Origin: Acidobacteriota bacterium
Lineage (GTDB): Bacteria; Acidobacteriota; UBA6911; RPQK01; JAJDTT01
DNA length: 64,000 nt
Direction of reading: 5' to 3'
Assembly: GCA_965209055.1 (NCBI GenBank)
Contig: OZ242374.1
Location: 4,384,001-4,448,000 of the forward strand
Shown: positions 19,317 through 28,811 of the stretch, one piece after another
Layout of the letters: every line of letters begins with the position of its first letter
How positions within the stretch are numbered: position 1 is the stretch's first letter
Program-made: the position numbers and the translations under genes
Notes under the pieces: generated by a model
The model's input: the letters and a program-made list of their open reading frames with translations, nothing else
Databases searched by the model: none
What the model was told of the DNA's origin: nothing

Positions 19317-20786
19317 CTACCACCGGAACGCGCCCTGTCCCTTCCTGACCTTCGACGTGATCCGCGTTGGCGTCTCGAACGTCTTGCCCTTGACCATCTC
19401 CCGCGTGGTGAGAATCTGGACGTGCGGGTATTGGTGCTCTCCGACTTGGACCATCCCGGCCATTGCCGCCTCGCGCAGCATGGCCTTGGACGGCTCCCGG
19501 TTGCAGATGTATCCCGCCATCAGTGCCTCGTCCCGCTCCACGACGCCGCGCAGCTCCCGAATGTCCATGGGCTTGATATGACCGCCCTTCACGGACAGCA
19601 CCATGGACTCCAAGCCGTCCGGCGCGTCGAAGTAGATGCGGCCGTCGATGCCCTTGTCCGCCACCTGCTTCTGATTCGGGAACCCTCCCACTCGCTCCAC
19701 GGCCCAGTGCTCGAACTGGAACGGGTCGCGCTTGAACAAGTCCACGGCCTGGTCATAGCTGGCCGGAATTCCGGTGACCTGGTAGTGGCGATCATCCCGC
19801 AACCCATAGCGAGCGTCCAAAGTGTCGGCCACCAGACGGACCGCCAGAATGGCAATGTCGCAGCCGATCCAGGACCGGCCCAGCTCGTGGGCCGAATAGA
19901 TGGTCGTTCCGCATCCGCAAAAGGGGTCGAATACCACGTCCTCCGAATTGGAACTCGCCTTGATGATCCGCTTGAGAAGTCGGCTAGGCTTCTGGGTCGG
20001 ATAGCCCAGGCGCTCTTTCGCGGCTGAATTCAGGATCGGAATATCCCAGACTGAATCGAGGGGCTTGCCCTTGGCAATCACGTCATCGACCATCCGCTTG
20101 TAGCGGACTCCTTTTGCTCCACCATCCGTCCAAATGAACTCTCTCCCGTCCTCGTCCGTTTTGACATCGTGGCGACGTGCCAGAAATTCCTCCTTCTTCC
20201 ACGTCTGAGTTATCGGATTGAGAACGGTTTTCGGGCTTTTCGAGTAGAACAGGATCACGTCATGCTTCCGACTGAATCGGCGCCTAGAAATGGCCGTCCG
20301 TTGCCCGTAGTGCCAGATGATCTCGTTTCGGAAATTCCGGTGGCCGAATACGCCGTCCATCATCACTTTGATGTAGTGGCTCACCGTGGGATCGCAATGC
20401 AGAAAAATCGAACCGGTGGATTTGAGAAGCACCTTCATTTGAAGCAGCCGCTCCACCATGTAAATCAGGTAGGCCAGCAGGTGGGGCTGCGTGTACCGAA
20501 GAGCTTGCATCCAGAGCCGCCAGAACTCGACGTAGTAGTCATCTACGCCGTGTTCCCGCATCAGGACGGGCATCTGGCGGGCCGCTTGCTCCTTCTCCGG
20601 GTCCATCTCCCAGGTGTCGCAGAACGCCTCGACGGACTCCGGGACGGGCTTTCCCGTCATGGTCCGATACATGAGGTTGTAGTTCCGCTTCGAGTTGAAG
20701 GGCGGATCCAAATAGATGAGATCGACAGACCGGAGCGGCATCTCACGCATGATCGTGAGATTGTCGCCGTAGTAGAGGCGGTTCAT
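19317..20786 (-). CDS. Beta-class N6A/N4C DNA methyltransferase with a C-terminal Mrr-like PD-(D/E)xK domain (IS passenger)
   Basis: LYYGDNL; motif IV YLDPPF precedes motif I DPFCGCGTT; GYPTQKP; C-terminal FQFE..DKGIDG..LSVK. The ATG overlaps the transposase stop (ATGA). Confidence 0.9.
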   Translation of the reverse strand: MNRLYYGDNLTIMREMPLRSVDLIYLDPPFNSKRNYNLMYRTMTGKPVPESVEAFCDTWEMDPEKEQAARQMPVLMREHGVDDYYVEFWRLWMQALRYTQPHLLAYLIYMVERLLQMKVLLKSTGSIFLHCDPTVSHYIKVMMDGVFGHRNFRNEIIWHYGQRTAISRRRFSRKHDVILFYSKSPKTVLNPITQTWKKEEFLARRHDVKTDEDGREFIWTDGGAKGVRYKRMVDDVIAKGKPLDSVWDIPILNSAAKERLGYPTQKPSRLLKRIIKASSNSEDVVFDPFCGCGTTIYSAHELGRSWIGCDIAILAVRLVADTLDARYGLRDDRHYQVTGIPASYDQAVDLFKRDPFQFEHWAVERVGGFPNQKQVADKGIDGRIYFDAPDGLESMVLSVKGGHIKPMDIRELRGVVERDEALMAGYICNREPSKAMLREAAMAGMVQVGEHQYPHVQILTTREMVKGKTFETPTRITSKVRKGQGAFRW

Positions 20787-21667
20787 GCGCCCACGAGCAC
20801 CTTGCAGGCGTAGCCGAAGGCGTGATCCATCTTGCGGACGTTGTACTTGAAGCAGGACTCCGCCAGATAGAGCGGCATGTACTTGTTCGAGTAGTGGTGA
20901 TGTGTCCCGTACCACGCTCTCTTGACCAGGGACCAGAACCCTTCAATCGTGTTCGTATGCGTGAGCCCGTCCACGAACTGGCGAGAGTGATTGATGACGG
21001 CGGACCGGACCGTTTCCCGGACCGCCTTGTATCCCTTGAACTCGTCCGTGATGAGCAGCGAGGCGTCATGGTCCAAGTAGGCCCCGACGAACTTGGAGAT
21101 CGCGTTGGACGTGAGGCGGTCCGTGGGCTTGGCAATGACCTTGCCGCCGCGCTCCACCATCCCGATCACGGCGGTTTTCTGTGTACCGCGGCCACGCTTG
21201 GCCTTGCGGATCGGCTTCCGGTTGTTGCCGGGCCGGGGCTTTCCTCCGACATAGGTTTCGTCGGCTTCGACGATCCCATAGAGCAGCGAGCGTTCCAGTT
21301 CGCTGTCCATGGCAACGCGAATTCGGTGCATCATGCTCCAGACCGTGGGTCGGCGGATGCCCAGGTCGCGGGAAATCTGGCACGCGCTGGCGGACTTCTT
21401 CGCGTTGAGCATCAGGCCCAGGACGAGGAACCAGTCTCGGAGCGGCTTGTGAGTGCCGTGGAAGATTGTTCCCACGGTGACGGAGAAGGTGCTTTTGCAA
21501 TCGCGGCACTGCCAGCGGCGCATGGCGCGGTCAGAACTGGCGTGTGTCCCGCAGGCCACGCTGTCGCAGTAGGGGCAGGTCGGCTGGCCGTTCCACCGGA
21601 CTTTCTCCAGGTATTCGACCGCTTGTTCCTGCGTCTTGAAGGAGTAGAATAGCGTGATGATGTTCAT
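20783..21667 (-). CDS. IS1595-family DDE transposase
   Basis: Zn ribbon CPYC..CRDC, HTH, VEADETYVGG, ITDE, HTNTIEGFW..KR motifs; SD GGAGGT before the ATG at 21667. Confidence 0.95.
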   Translation of the reverse strand: MNIITLFYSFKTQEQAVEYLEKVRWNGQPTCPYCDSVACGTHASSDRAMRRWQCRDCKSTFSVTVGTIFHGTHKPLRDWFLVLGLMLNAKKSASACQISRDLGIRRPTVWSMMHRIRVAMDSELERSLLYGIVEADETYVGGKPRPGNNRKPIRKAKRGRGTQKTAVIGMVERGGKVIAKPTDRLTSNAISKFVGAYLDHDASLLITDEFKGYKAVRETVRSAVINHSRQFVDGLTHTNTIEGFWSLVKRAWYGTHHHYSNKYMPLYLAESCFKYNVRKMDHAFGYACKVLVGA

Positions 21668-21684
21668 TGACAACCTCCATGCAC

Positions 21685-21713
21685 ATACTACCTGAGTGCC
21701 TGGAAGGTGTCAA
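21685..21713 (-). promoter_or_regulatory. Transposase promoter TTGACA-17-TAGTAT
   Basis: Near-consensus sigma70 boxes; the -35 abuts the inner edge of the TIR. Confidence 0.7.
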
Positions 21714-21734
21714 GTCCAAAAGCGTACAATTCCG
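21713..21734 (-). repeat. Terminal inverted repeat of the IS (upstream end)
   Basis: AGTCCAAAAGCGTACAATTCCG followed by the TSD AAAACCTT. Confidence 0.95.
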
Positions 21735-21805
21735 AAAACCTTATCCTCGGAAGCTTCCGGGTCTATTATCGATATCTCCGGGCCCAGACCTGACGGAATG
21801 AATCG

Positions 21806-23263
21806 ATGCGATATTTGCTGGTGGACGAGACCTCCGAAACGCGATTGGAATTCATCCCGTCCCCGGAGGCCGCGCCGCAATCCTTTTCCGGACGCCGGAT
21901 TGCCCGGTGGGCCGCGCGTTACGCCGCCCTCCTCCACCGGCGGGGGATTCGGGCCGGCGACCGGGTCGCCCTGCATCTGCCGAACTCACCCGAACTGGTC
22001 GTGGCGCTCCTGGGCAACCACCTGTTGGGCGTGGTGACGGTTCCCGTCATCTCCGCTGCGACGATGACGGAATTGGAGTACGTGGCCGGCCGGGCCGAGA
22101 TTTCGGGCCTCGTCGGTTCCGATCCGTTTCCGGGACGAGTGGGAATGCAACTCTTGAAGGAAGAGTTCTGGGAGGCGGTGCAGGAACAACAGGGCGGCTT
22201 TCCGGAATCGGACGACCCGGAGGCGCCGGCCCTCCTCTGCTTCACTTCCGGGACCACCGCGCAGCCCAAGGGGGTCCTCCTGACTCACCGGAACATCAGG
22301 AGCAACCTCCGGGACCTGATCCAGGTCTGGCAATGGACTCGGGAGGACCGGCTCCTGTTGACGCTCCCCCTGTTCCATGTGCACGGACTGGTCGTGGCGC
22401 TTCACGGATGGGCCATGACGGGGTGCCGGGCGATCCTTACCCGGAAGTTCGATCCCACTCATGTCCTGGACCTTTTGACCCACGGGGGCTGCACGCTGTT
22501 CATGGGCGTGCCCACCATGTACCACCGGATGGTCTCCGCCTTCGACCGGCGGGTCCACAGCTTTGACACGCTGCGCCTGGCCATCAGCGGGTCTGCCCCC
22601 ATGTCGGTGGAACTCCACCGCAAGTGCCACGAAATGACGGGTCAAACGATCCTGGAACGGTACGGGATGACGGAGACCATCATGAACACGTCCAATCCCT
22701 TCCATGGCCGCCTCCCCGGATCGGTCGGCCTTCCCCTGCCCTCGGTCCAGCTCCGCCTCATCGACGACCGGATGAGGGATATCCGGGAAGAAAGGCAGAT
22801 CGGGGAGGTCTGCGTGCGCGGCCCCAACGTCTTCGGCGGTTACTGGAAGGATCCGGAGGCGACGTCCAAGGCCTTCCTGGGGGATTGGCTGCGCACGGGC
22901 GACGCGGGGTACCGGGACGAGAACGGCTACTACCACCTGGCGGGCCGCCTGAGCGTGGACCTGATCAAATCGGGCGGCTACCGCATCGGCTCCCGGGAGG
23001 TGGAGGACGTCCTGGAGCGTCACCCGGGAGTCCGGGAAGTGGCGGTGGTCGGACTTCCCGACCCGGACCTGGGAGAGAAGGTGGCGGCGTTCGTGGTGAC
23101 GGACGGGACAGCCGGCGAGGAGGACCTGGCGGCTCATTGCCGGTCCGCGCTGGCTCTCTTCAAGTGTCCCCGGGTGTTTCTCGTCGTCGATTCCCTGCCT
23201 CGAAACGCCATGGGCAAGGTCACCAAGTCGGTCCTCAAAACCACCCGCCTGGATGGCTCCTGA
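21806..23263 (+). CDS. Acyl-CoA synthetase (malonyl-CoA synthetase MatB-like)
   Basis: FTSGTTAQPKG, LPLFHVHG, ERYGMTET, RTGD and PRNAMGKV motifs. Confidence 0.88.
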   Translation: MRYLLVDETSETRLEFIPSPEAAPQSFSGRRIARWAARYAALLHRRGIRAGDRVALHLPNSPELVVALLGNHLLGVVTVPVISAATMTELEYVAGRAEISGLVGSDPFPGRVGMQLLKEEFWEAVQEQQGGFPESDDPEAPALLCFTSGTTAQPKGVLLTHRNIRSNLRDLIQVWQWTREDRLLLTLPLFHVHGLVVALHGWAMTGCRAILTRKFDPTHVLDLLTHGGCTLFMGVPTMYHRMVSAFDRRVHSFDTLRLAISGSAPMSVELHRKCHEMTGQTILERYGMTETIMNTSNPFHGRLPGSVGLPLPSVQLRLIDDRMRDIREERQIGEVCVRGPNVFGGYWKDPEATSKAFLGDWLRTGDAGYRDENGYYHLAGRLSVDLIKSGGYRIGSREVEDVLERHPGVREVAVVGLPDPDLGEKVAAFVVTDGTAGEEDLAAHCRSALALFKCPRVFLVVDSLPRNAMGKVTKSVLKTTRLDGS

Positions 23264-23361
23264 GACCGAGTTCCCCCATCGATCCCCTTCCCTCTCCTCT
23301 CTTCACCCGCATCGTAGTAGACTGACCAACGCCGTCCATGACACCCATGAAGGAATTCACC

Positions 23362-24003
23362 ATGTTCAAACGTATCTCCATCTTCGCCCCTCTCCTTTTG
23401 TGCGCCTGGCCGGCCGCCAGCGCCTTGCAATTGGGAAGCAAGCCGGCCAAGAAATGGATCGAGTCGATGGAACGGCCCGAACGCCTCGCCAAGCTCAAGA
23501 CCGACGAGGTCATGGCCCGGCTGGATCTGAAACCGGGTGACCTGGTGGCGGACGTCGGCGCCGGCAGCGGCGTCTTCAGTTGGCCTCTGGCGCAGGCCGT
23601 GGCCCCCGGAGGCACCGTGTATGCCGTCGAGGTGGACCAGGGTTTCCTCGATTTCATCCGGGAGGGAGCGCAGCAGAGAGGCGCGGATAATGTCGTCCCG
23701 GTGTTAGGAGCGTTCACCGATCCCAAGCTGCCGGTCCGGAACCTGGACATGGCGTTCTTTCACAACGTCCTGCACCACATCGAGGGACGCCCGGCCTACC
23801 TTGACACGCTCTCGGGGTACCTGAAGCCCAATGCCCGAATCGTCATCATCGACCTGGTCGTGGGACACAAGGAGCCCGAAATGCAGATGAGCCTGGATCA
23901 GGTCAAGGAATGGATGGCCGGCATCGGGTTCGAGATGACCGCGGAATACTCACTCTTCGAAGACCGGTTCTTCGCCGTCTTTTCCCGGGTGGCGGCTCCG
24001 TGA
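23362..24003 (+). CDS. Class I SAM-dependent methyltransferase with a predicted signal peptide
   Basis: VADVGAGSG, YAVEVD and VLHH motifs; N-terminal MFKR..LLLCAWPAASA. Confidence 0.82.
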   Translation: MFKRISIFAPLLLCAWPAASALQLGSKPAKKWIESMERPERLAKLKTDEVMARLDLKPGDLVADVGAGSGVFSWPLAQAVAPGGTVYAVEVDQGFLDFIREGAQQRGADNVVPVLGAFTDPKLPVRNLDMAFFHNVLHHIEGRPAYLDTLSGYLKPNARIVIIDLVVGHKEPEMQMSLDQVKEWMAGIGFEMTAEYSLFEDRFFAVFSRVAAP

Positions 24004-24032
24004 CGGGACGTCCGGGCGGGATCCGGGCTTCG

Positions 24033-24581
24033 ATGAGGTCGATCCTGATCGGCCTGTTTTTCGTTGTCTTCGCCGGGTTCAGCGTCAGTGTCAAACTCGA
24101 TCTGCGGCGCCCAACCGAGACCACCAAGGTCAGAACCGGAGATGCGGCGCCCGATTTTTCCCTGGGCACCCTCCAGGGAAACCCCATCGAGCTGCACCGC
24201 ACCGCGAAGGAAAACAAGTTGGTCCTGGTCAACTTCTGGGCCACATGGTGCGGTCCCTGCCGCCTGGAAATGCCCGTCTTTGAAAAGATTTACCTCGAAA
24301 AAAGGAAGGAAGGATTCGAAATACTCGCCATCAGCGTCAAAGAGGAATCGAAGGTCGTAAAGGAATATCTCGACAAGAAGCCCGTGTCTTTTCCCGTCCT
24401 TCTCGATCCCGAGGGGACGGTGGCCGAGCAGTATGGCATTCGCGCCTTTCCCACGACCTTCCAGGTGAGTTCCGACGGCAAGGTCGAGCGAGTCATCGAG
24501 GGCCTGGACAGGTTCCTGAAGTACCAGATCGAGGCTCGTCTTGAGACGGCATCCTCTCCGGAGGAAGCTGCAGAACCGTGA
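24033..24581 (+). CDS. TlpA/ResA-family thiol-disulfide oxidoreductase
   Basis: NFWATWCGPCR.E.P, cis-Pro FPTT, N-terminal TM anchor. Confidence 0.9.
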   Translation: MRSILIGLFFVVFAGFSVSVKLDLRRPTETTKVRTGDAAPDFSLGTLQGNPIELHRTAKENKLVLVNFWATWCGPCRLEMPVFEKIYLEKRKEGFEILAISVKEESKVVKEYLDKKPVSFPVLLDPEGTVAEQYGIRAFPTTFQVSSDGKVERVIEGLDRFLKYQIEARLETASSPEEAAEP

Positions 24582-25510
24582 ACGACCCGGTCGTCGAGAT
24601 CCGCGGAGTGTCGAAAACCTTCCGTTCCGGGCTGCGGCGGCTGCCGGTCCATGCCCTCAGGGGCGTGGACGTGACCGTGGCGCGGGGCACGGTCACCGCC
24701 TTCGTCGGTCCCAACGGAGCCGGCAAGACCACCACCATCAATACCGTCCTGGGGTTCCTCAAACCGGACCAGGGCAGCGTCTCGGTCTTCGGCCTCGAGG
24801 CCGGGTCCAGGGAGGCTCGGCGGAGAATCGGATTCCAGTCGGAGATCTTTCACCCCTATCCGTTCCACACCGCCAGGGGCGCCATGGAGTTTTACGGCCG
24901 ACTCTCGGGTCAGCCTGGCGAGAACCTTGCCGAAGCTGTCGTATACCAACTCGAACGATTGGGCCTGGGCGACTCCATGGACCGGAAAGTCGGGAGCTTC
25001 TCCAAGGGGATGATCCAGCGGCTGGGACTGGCGCAGGCCTTGCTCCACCGGCCCGAACTGCTCCTGTTGGACGAGCCGACCACGGGACTGGATCCGCAGG
25101 GACGCAAGCTGGTGGCCGACATCATCCAGGAGGAACAGGCGAACGGCACAACCGTCTTTCTCAGCAGCCACATACTTTCGGATATCGAGCGGACCTGTGA
25201 CCGGTTGATCATGATTCGAAATGGCGAGGTCGTGCTCAAGCAGGAGATCGGAGCCCGCTTGCACCAGGACGGGTGGGAAATCGAGGTACTGGGTTGGGGC
25301 GCCGGAGCGGATGCCGATCTGGCAAGGGCGGGTTTCCGTCCCGTCCGAGTGGAAGGCGGGGCAGCCTTTTTCGAATGCTCAAGGGGCGAGAAGAATGACC
25401 TGCTCCGTCGAGTCTTGGACCTGTCTCTCGACGTGGGTGTCATCCGGCGCGCCGCCCCTTCGCTGGAGGAAATCTATATGGAACACGTCAAGGGACGGCG
25501 CGGTGCCTGA
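24578..25510 (+). CDS. ABC-2 type transporter ATP-binding protein
   Basis: GPNGAGKTT, FSKGM, LLLDEP and SSH motifs. Confidence 0.92.
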   Translation: MNDPVVEIRGVSKTFRSGLRRLPVHALRGVDVTVARGTVTAFVGPNGAGKTTTINTVLGFLKPDQGSVSVFGLEAGSREARRRIGFQSEIFHPYPFHTARGAMEFYGRLSGQPGENLAEAVVYQLERLGLGDSMDRKVGSFSKGMIQRLGLAQALLHRPELLLLDEPTTGLDPQGRKLVADIIQEEQANGTTVFLSSHILSDIERTCDRLIMIRNGEVVLKQEIGARLHQDGWEIEVLGWGAGADADLARAGFRPVRVEGGAAFFECSRGEKNDLLRRVLDLSLDVGVIRRAAPSLEEIYMEHVKGRRGA

Positions 25511-26303
25511 GATCCGGATCATCGCCGCTAACACCTTTCGAGAGATTCTTCGGCGCAAGGTGATCTACGTCCTGCTGTTGCTCGGAGTTCTCATGATCGT
25601 CATCTGGCTGGGCCAGACGTCTCTCATGAACATGGCCTCCGAAGCCGGCGAGCCTGAGATCCTGCTGGAGATGAAGACATCGCAGACGCGGTTCTTCTTT
25701 GGCATGTGGAGTTTCTGCACCGCCGTCCTGGGACTGTTCCTGGGAGCAGTCGCCCTCGCCACGGAAATCAGGACTCAGACCATCGTTCCGGTGCTTGTCA
25801 GACCGATTCCACGATGGGCGTACCTGGTGGGCAAGTGGCTGGGCACCCAGTCGTTCGTCTGCCTCGTGCTCGGATTGGGCATGGGAATCGGCCTTGCCAT
25901 CATCTGGGCGTTCGAGCTCGAGATGAGTCCCCTGTTCTGGTTCGGCATGTTGGAGATGTTCGCCTATGCCACTCTGTACACGGGGGTGAGCCTCGGCTTG
26001 AGCGTGGTGATGAATCCGATTCTGGCCGGAGGCGTGACGTTGCTGCTGGCCAGCGTCCCGAACATGATCGAGTTTCTGTTCCGCCATCCCCACTGGGCGC
26101 TCAAGGGCCTGGCGGCTGTGGTCTACTACTTGAGTCCCGCGCAAATGCCGACCGATCTGCTGGCCGACAGCTTCGAGCGGGAACCTCTGGAACCGGACTA
26201 CTCCCTCTACGCTCGTGTCATGGTCGAGAATGTCCTTTACTCGATGACCGTCCTCCTGGCAGGCTGCATCCTGTTCTCCCGGCGGGAGATCAAGCTGAAA
26301 TGA
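25503..26303 (+). CDS. ABC-2 type transporter permease
   Basis: IAANTFRE..R and EI...T...LVRPI.R..YL.GK motifs; about six TM helices. Confidence 0.85.
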   Translation: MPEIRIIAANTFREILRRKVIYVLLLLGVLMIVIWLGQTSLMNMASEAGEPEILLEMKTSQTRFFFGMWSFCTAVLGLFLGAVALATEIRTQTIVPVLVRPIPRWAYLVGKWLGTQSFVCLVLGLGMGIGLAIIWAFELEMSPLFWFGMLEMFAYATLYTGVSLGLSVVMNPILAGGVTLLLASVPNMIEFLFRHPHWALKGLAAVVYYLSPAQMPTDLLADSFEREPLEPDYSLYARVMVENVLYSMTVLLAGCILFSRREIKLK

Positions 26304-26355
26304 CTGGGCGGGTCCGGGACCGGGCCCGGTTCGGATCGAGCGAGAGGCGGGAGAA

Positions 26356-27444
26356 TCAAGCAAACGCCGACTTGTTGAACACGTAGGGCATCTTCGACGG
26401 ATCTCCTCCGTAATTCCCTTCCAGCACGTCGATGACGCCCTGGGCGGTTCGACCCGCCATGCCCAGTTCCGGGTCTCCCGAGAGCCGCGTCCGCCTTCCG
26501 GCGCTGGCGAAATGGTGGAAAATCCGCAACCGGTCCGCCAATTCCGGGTCCTGCAAGGGGGAGTCGATGGGAAGCGGTTCCTGTTCGAAGACATCCAGAG
26601 CGGCGCCGGCGATCTGGCCCGCGCGGAGAGCTCTGACCAACGCGTCCGGGTCCACCACCGGACCTCTCGAGGTGTTGATGAGAAAGGCCGTCGGTTTCAT
26701 GATCTCCAGGGCCCTGTCGTTGATGAGATGGTGCGTGTCGGGGGTGAGAGGGACGTGCAGGCTGATGTAGTCCGCCTGGCGAAACGCCTCCTCGAACGAT
26801 GTCCATCGAATGGTGGCGCGCCGATTCGACAAGCCCTGTTCGAATTTGAAGTCGAAGAGCGCCTGCACCGACTCCACGAAGGACCGATCCTCCGGCAACA
26901 GGTCGCAGCAGATGATGTCGGTGTCCAGTCCCGTGCACTTGAGCAGAAAGGCCCGCCCGATGCGTCCGGTTCCGATGACGGCGACCGTCTTGCCCGTAAC
27001 CTCGTCTCCCAGGAAAGGGAGATAGGGATGCCAGGTCTCCCACCGGCCTTCCCGCACCAACCGCTCGCTCGGGTACAGCTTTCGCGAAACGCAACCCATG
27101 ATGAAAAAAGCGAATTCGGCCGTAGCATCGGTCAGCACCACGGCCGTATGGGTATAGGGGACCCGGAACTTGCGGGCTGATTCCTCGTCAATATTGTCGA
27201 CTCCCACGGCAATCTGGGATACGACTTTCAAGGTTTCCCGGCCCGCCTGGAACACCTCCTCATCGATGGGATCCCGCAACGTGGTGATGAGCGCGTCGAT
27301 TCCCGACGCGACCTTCTCAACGATCAGCGCCTTCGGTGGAGGTTCCACTTCGGGATAGACTTCTACCTCGTATCCCCAATCCGTCAGGCGCTTGAGTCCC
27401 TCTTCTCCAATGTCACAGGTGGCGTAGACGCGATAACTCTTCAT
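26356..27444 (-). CDS. D-2-hydroxyacid dehydrogenase (glyoxylate/hydroxypyruvate reductase, D-glycerate dehydrogenase)
   Basis: AVGVDNID, GTGRIG, HVPL, NTSRG and LDVFEQEP motifs. Confidence 0.9.
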   Translation of the reverse strand: MKSYRVYATCDIGEEGLKRLTDWGYEVEVYPEVEPPPKALIVEKVASGIDALITTLRDPIDEEVFQAGRETLKVVSQIAVGVDNIDEESARKFRVPYTHTAVVLTDATAEFAFFIMGCVSRKLYPSERLVREGRWETWHPYLPFLGDEVTGKTVAVIGTGRIGRAFLLKCTGLDTDIICCDLLPEDRSFVESVQALFDFKFEQGLSNRRATIRWTSFEEAFRQADYISLHVPLTPDTHHLINDRALEIMKPTAFLINTSRGPVVDPDALVRALRAGQIAGAALDVFEQEPLPIDSPLQDPELADRLRIFHHFASAGRRTRLSGDPELGMAGRTAQGVIDVLEGNYGGDPSKMPYVFNKSAFA

Positions 27445-27493
27445 CAGGCTTTCGACTCCCGTTTCTCGCTTCGCACCGGACCGGGCTCTGGTG

Positions 27494-28678
27494 TCAAACC
27501 ACAGCCGGCCACTTCGCCAGAGCGGCCTTCATCCTCCGAACTCCCTTTTCCAGCATTTCCAGGGAGGTGGCATAGGAAAGCCGCAGGTAGCCCTGTCCCA
27601 TGTTTCCAAAGGAGGTGCCGGAAAGGAGCGCGATGCCCCCTTCCTGCAACAGGTAATCGGCCAGCTTCGGGGAATCTTCCGACAGTGCCCGCGTGTTGGG
27701 AAAGACGTAGAAGGCGCCCTTTGGCTGCCGGCACGAGACGCCCTCGACACTGTTCAGAAGATCGACGATCCGGTCTCTCCGGGTCTGGAAGATCTTCACC
27801 ATCTCGTGAACCGGTTTGGGGTCCTGTCGGAGGGCCTGGATGCCGGCCATCTGAGTGAAGGCGGCCGTACAGGAATTGGAATTGACCATGAGTTTGGTCA
27901 CATGCCCGGCCAGTTCCTTGGGCATGACACCGTAACCCATCCGCCAGCCGGTCATGGCGTAGGTCTTGGAAAACCCGTCGAGCAATATGGTCCGCTCCTT
28001 CATGCCGGGAAAAGACGCAATGCTCACGTGGGGTTCGTCGTAAATGATGCGGTTGTAGACTTCGTCGGAGAGAAAGCAAACATCGGAATCCGCGAACGCG
28101 TCGACGATGGCGCTGATGTCTCCCCGGTTCAACACCGAACCGGTGGGGTTGTTGGGAGAGTTGAGAATGATGAGACGGGTGCGGGGGGTGGACAAGTCGA
28201 CCAGCTCCTGGATATCCATCCGAAAATCCAATTCCTCCCGCAAGGGAACGGGCACCGGGCGCGCCCCCACATAGCGGATCATCGACTCGTAGATGGGGAA
28301 CCCCGGATCGGGATAGATCACCTCGTCCCCCTTCTGAGCCAGAGCCAGAATGGAAAAGAAGATGATCGGCTTGGCGCCGGGTGTCACCACGACCTCGTCC
28401 GGATCGACTGCGATCTGCCTGGTCTCAGAGATCTCCCGGGCGATGGCTTGACGCAAGGGAAGGATACCCGCAGACGGAGTGTAGTGGTGGTGGCCGTCTC
28501 TCAACGCCCCGACTGCCGCCTCGACGATGTCTTCATGGGTATTGAAGTCGGGCTCTCCGATCTCCAGGTGGACGATGTCCCGTCCTTGAGCTTCAAGACC
28601 CTTGGCTCGGGCCAGAACCTCGAAGGCCGTCTCGGTCCCCAAATTGGACATTCGCTCCGCCAGCCGCATGCCGGTCAT
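27494..28678 (-). CDS. PLP-dependent class I aminotransferase (aspartate aminotransferase-like)
   Basis: IGEPDF, NSPNNPTG, SDEVY and GFSKTYAMTGWRMG motifs. Confidence 0.93.
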   Translation of the reverse strand: MTGMRLAERMSNLGTETAFEVLARAKGLEAQGRDIVHLEIGEPDFNTHEDIVEAAVGALRDGHHHYTPSAGILPLRQAIAREISETRQIAVDPDEVVVTPGAKPIIFFSILALAQKGDEVIYPDPGFPIYESMIRYVGARPVPVPLREELDFRMDIQELVDLSTPRTRLIILNSPNNPTGSVLNRGDISAIVDAFADSDVCFLSDEVYNRIIYDEPHVSIASFPGMKERTILLDGFSKTYAMTGWRMGYGVMPKELAGHVTKLMVNSNSCTAAFTQMAGIQALRQDPKPVHEMVKIFQTRRDRIVDLLNSVEGVSCRQPKGAFYVFPNTRALSEDSPKLADYLLQEGGIALLSGTSFGNMGQGYLRLSYATSLEMLEKGVRRMKAALAKWPAVV

Positions 28679-28773
28679 TCTCGGGGTGCAACCCTCTTTT
28701 CGTCAAGTATTCGACAGCCCGCGGCAAAAGTCGTCGCGGCATTCGACCACCAGGAGGGTCTTGGGGGCGGAAC

Positions 28774-28782
28774 TGCTATAAT
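28774..28782 (+). promoter_or_regulatory. Extended -10 element TGC-TATAAT
   Basis: Perfect consensus about 30 nt upstream of the GNAT ATG, which has a GGAG SD. Confidence 0.6.
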
Positions 28783-28811
28783 CCGGCAGCGGACCCGGAT
28801 GGGAGCCGAAC

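Larger units (their letters stand above)
19285..21734 (-). mobile_element. IS1595-family transporter IS (ISNha5-like CGGnnTT ends), 2450 bp, with a passenger methyltransferase
   Basis: Perfect 22-bp TIRs CGGAATTGTACGCTTTTGGACT at 19285-19306 and 21713-21734. 8-bp direct repeat AAAACCTT at 19277-19284 and 21735-21742. Confidence 0.95.

Noticed and set aside
20787-20915. N-terminal extension of the MTase ORF suggesting a frameshift fusion with the transposase
   Set aside because: The ATG at 20786 gives a normal MNRLYYGDNL start with ATGA coupling; I saw no slippery site.
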